A DNA stretch of 63,545 nt, filler included, from Octopus bimaculoides (Eukaryota): assembly GCF_001194135.2 (NCBI RefSeq). It is 5 parts of 5 records of this genome, joined end to end, with 100 filler letters (N's around TTAATTAATTAA, not from the genome) between each part and the next. Parts side by side here need not be neighbours in the genome. Positions count along the whole stretch, not along the records: positions 57,852 to 63,545 come from NC_068992.1; 4 more parts are not named here. One strand, given 5' to 3'. The notes below the pieces were generated by a model, which did no database searches, was not told where the DNA came from, and saw nothing but the letters and a program-made list of their open reading frames with translations. The translations under genes and the position numbers were made by a program. This document shows positions 63,256 through 63,545 of the stretch, one piece after another; positions within the stretch are counted from its first letter, which is position 1; every line of letters starts with the position of its first letter.

Positions 63256-63545
63256 ATGATTTGGGATAGAGAAGAGAAACTGTGCACAGTTGTGTAAATT
63301 AGCTGCCCAGTGGATGTTAACATAAAGCTGAAGATCAGTGAAAAAGAGAACACCTATGCTGAACTATTGAGAAATCTGCAGTTACTCTATCCAGATTACA
63401 AGTTCAGGTTTATACCTGCAATTATTGGGGTCCTTTGATATGTAACACTAAATATCAATCTTGAGAAAGCAAGCTTCTCCAAACCAGAAAGGAAAAAGCT
63501 AATTCGAAGACTGCAGATCCAATCCATCACTGGAACTGTAAAAAT
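63256..63545 (+). mobile_element. R4/Dong-type LINE restriction-like endonuclease domain fragment
   Basis: IWDREEKLCTVV*ISCPVDVNIKLKISEKENTYAELLRNLQLLYPDYKFRFIPAIIGVL*YV matches the RLE pattern D..EISCP.D.NI..K..EK...Y..L...L....P.IIGALG. Confidence 0.8.

Overview
AT-rich, repeat-dense animal genomic DNA. It is most likely octopus, judged from my recognition of the SINE and microsatellite families; this is not verified. The window is five assembly pieces joined by artificial 100-bp spacers (N44-TTAATTAATTAA-N44) and has many internal N gaps, so adjacency across the spacers is not evidence. No complete host gene is recognisable. Most ORFs in the supplied track are microsatellite or N-run artefacts. 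Supported content: dozens of tRNA-derived and RTE-tailed SINE copies; decayed DNA transposons (maT/DD37D x2, mariner DD34D x3, rosa/DD41D, a full-length hAT-Buster copy with TIRs and an 8-bp TSD, a piggyBac-type MITE, a Helitron helicase fragment); LINE fragments (RTE/RTE-X, R4/Dong-type, Penelope-like RT); and several foldback elements. In piece 33744-54327 there is a phase-compatible chain of short candidate exons of an unidentified minus-strand gene. The most unusual signal is a family of palindromic elements (55949-56305 and 35641-35873) whose two arms are inverted copies of a type I hammerhead ribozyme motif, giving hammerheads in both polarities on a rod-like fold. A second, minimal hammerhead-like motif with a U at core position 6 sits in a Penelope-type terminal repeat (13729-13764, 48804-48838). 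Ribozyme activity, exon calls and TE family names come from manual reading and need computational or experimental confirmation. Repeat boundaries are approximate unless a TIR or TSD is quoted.
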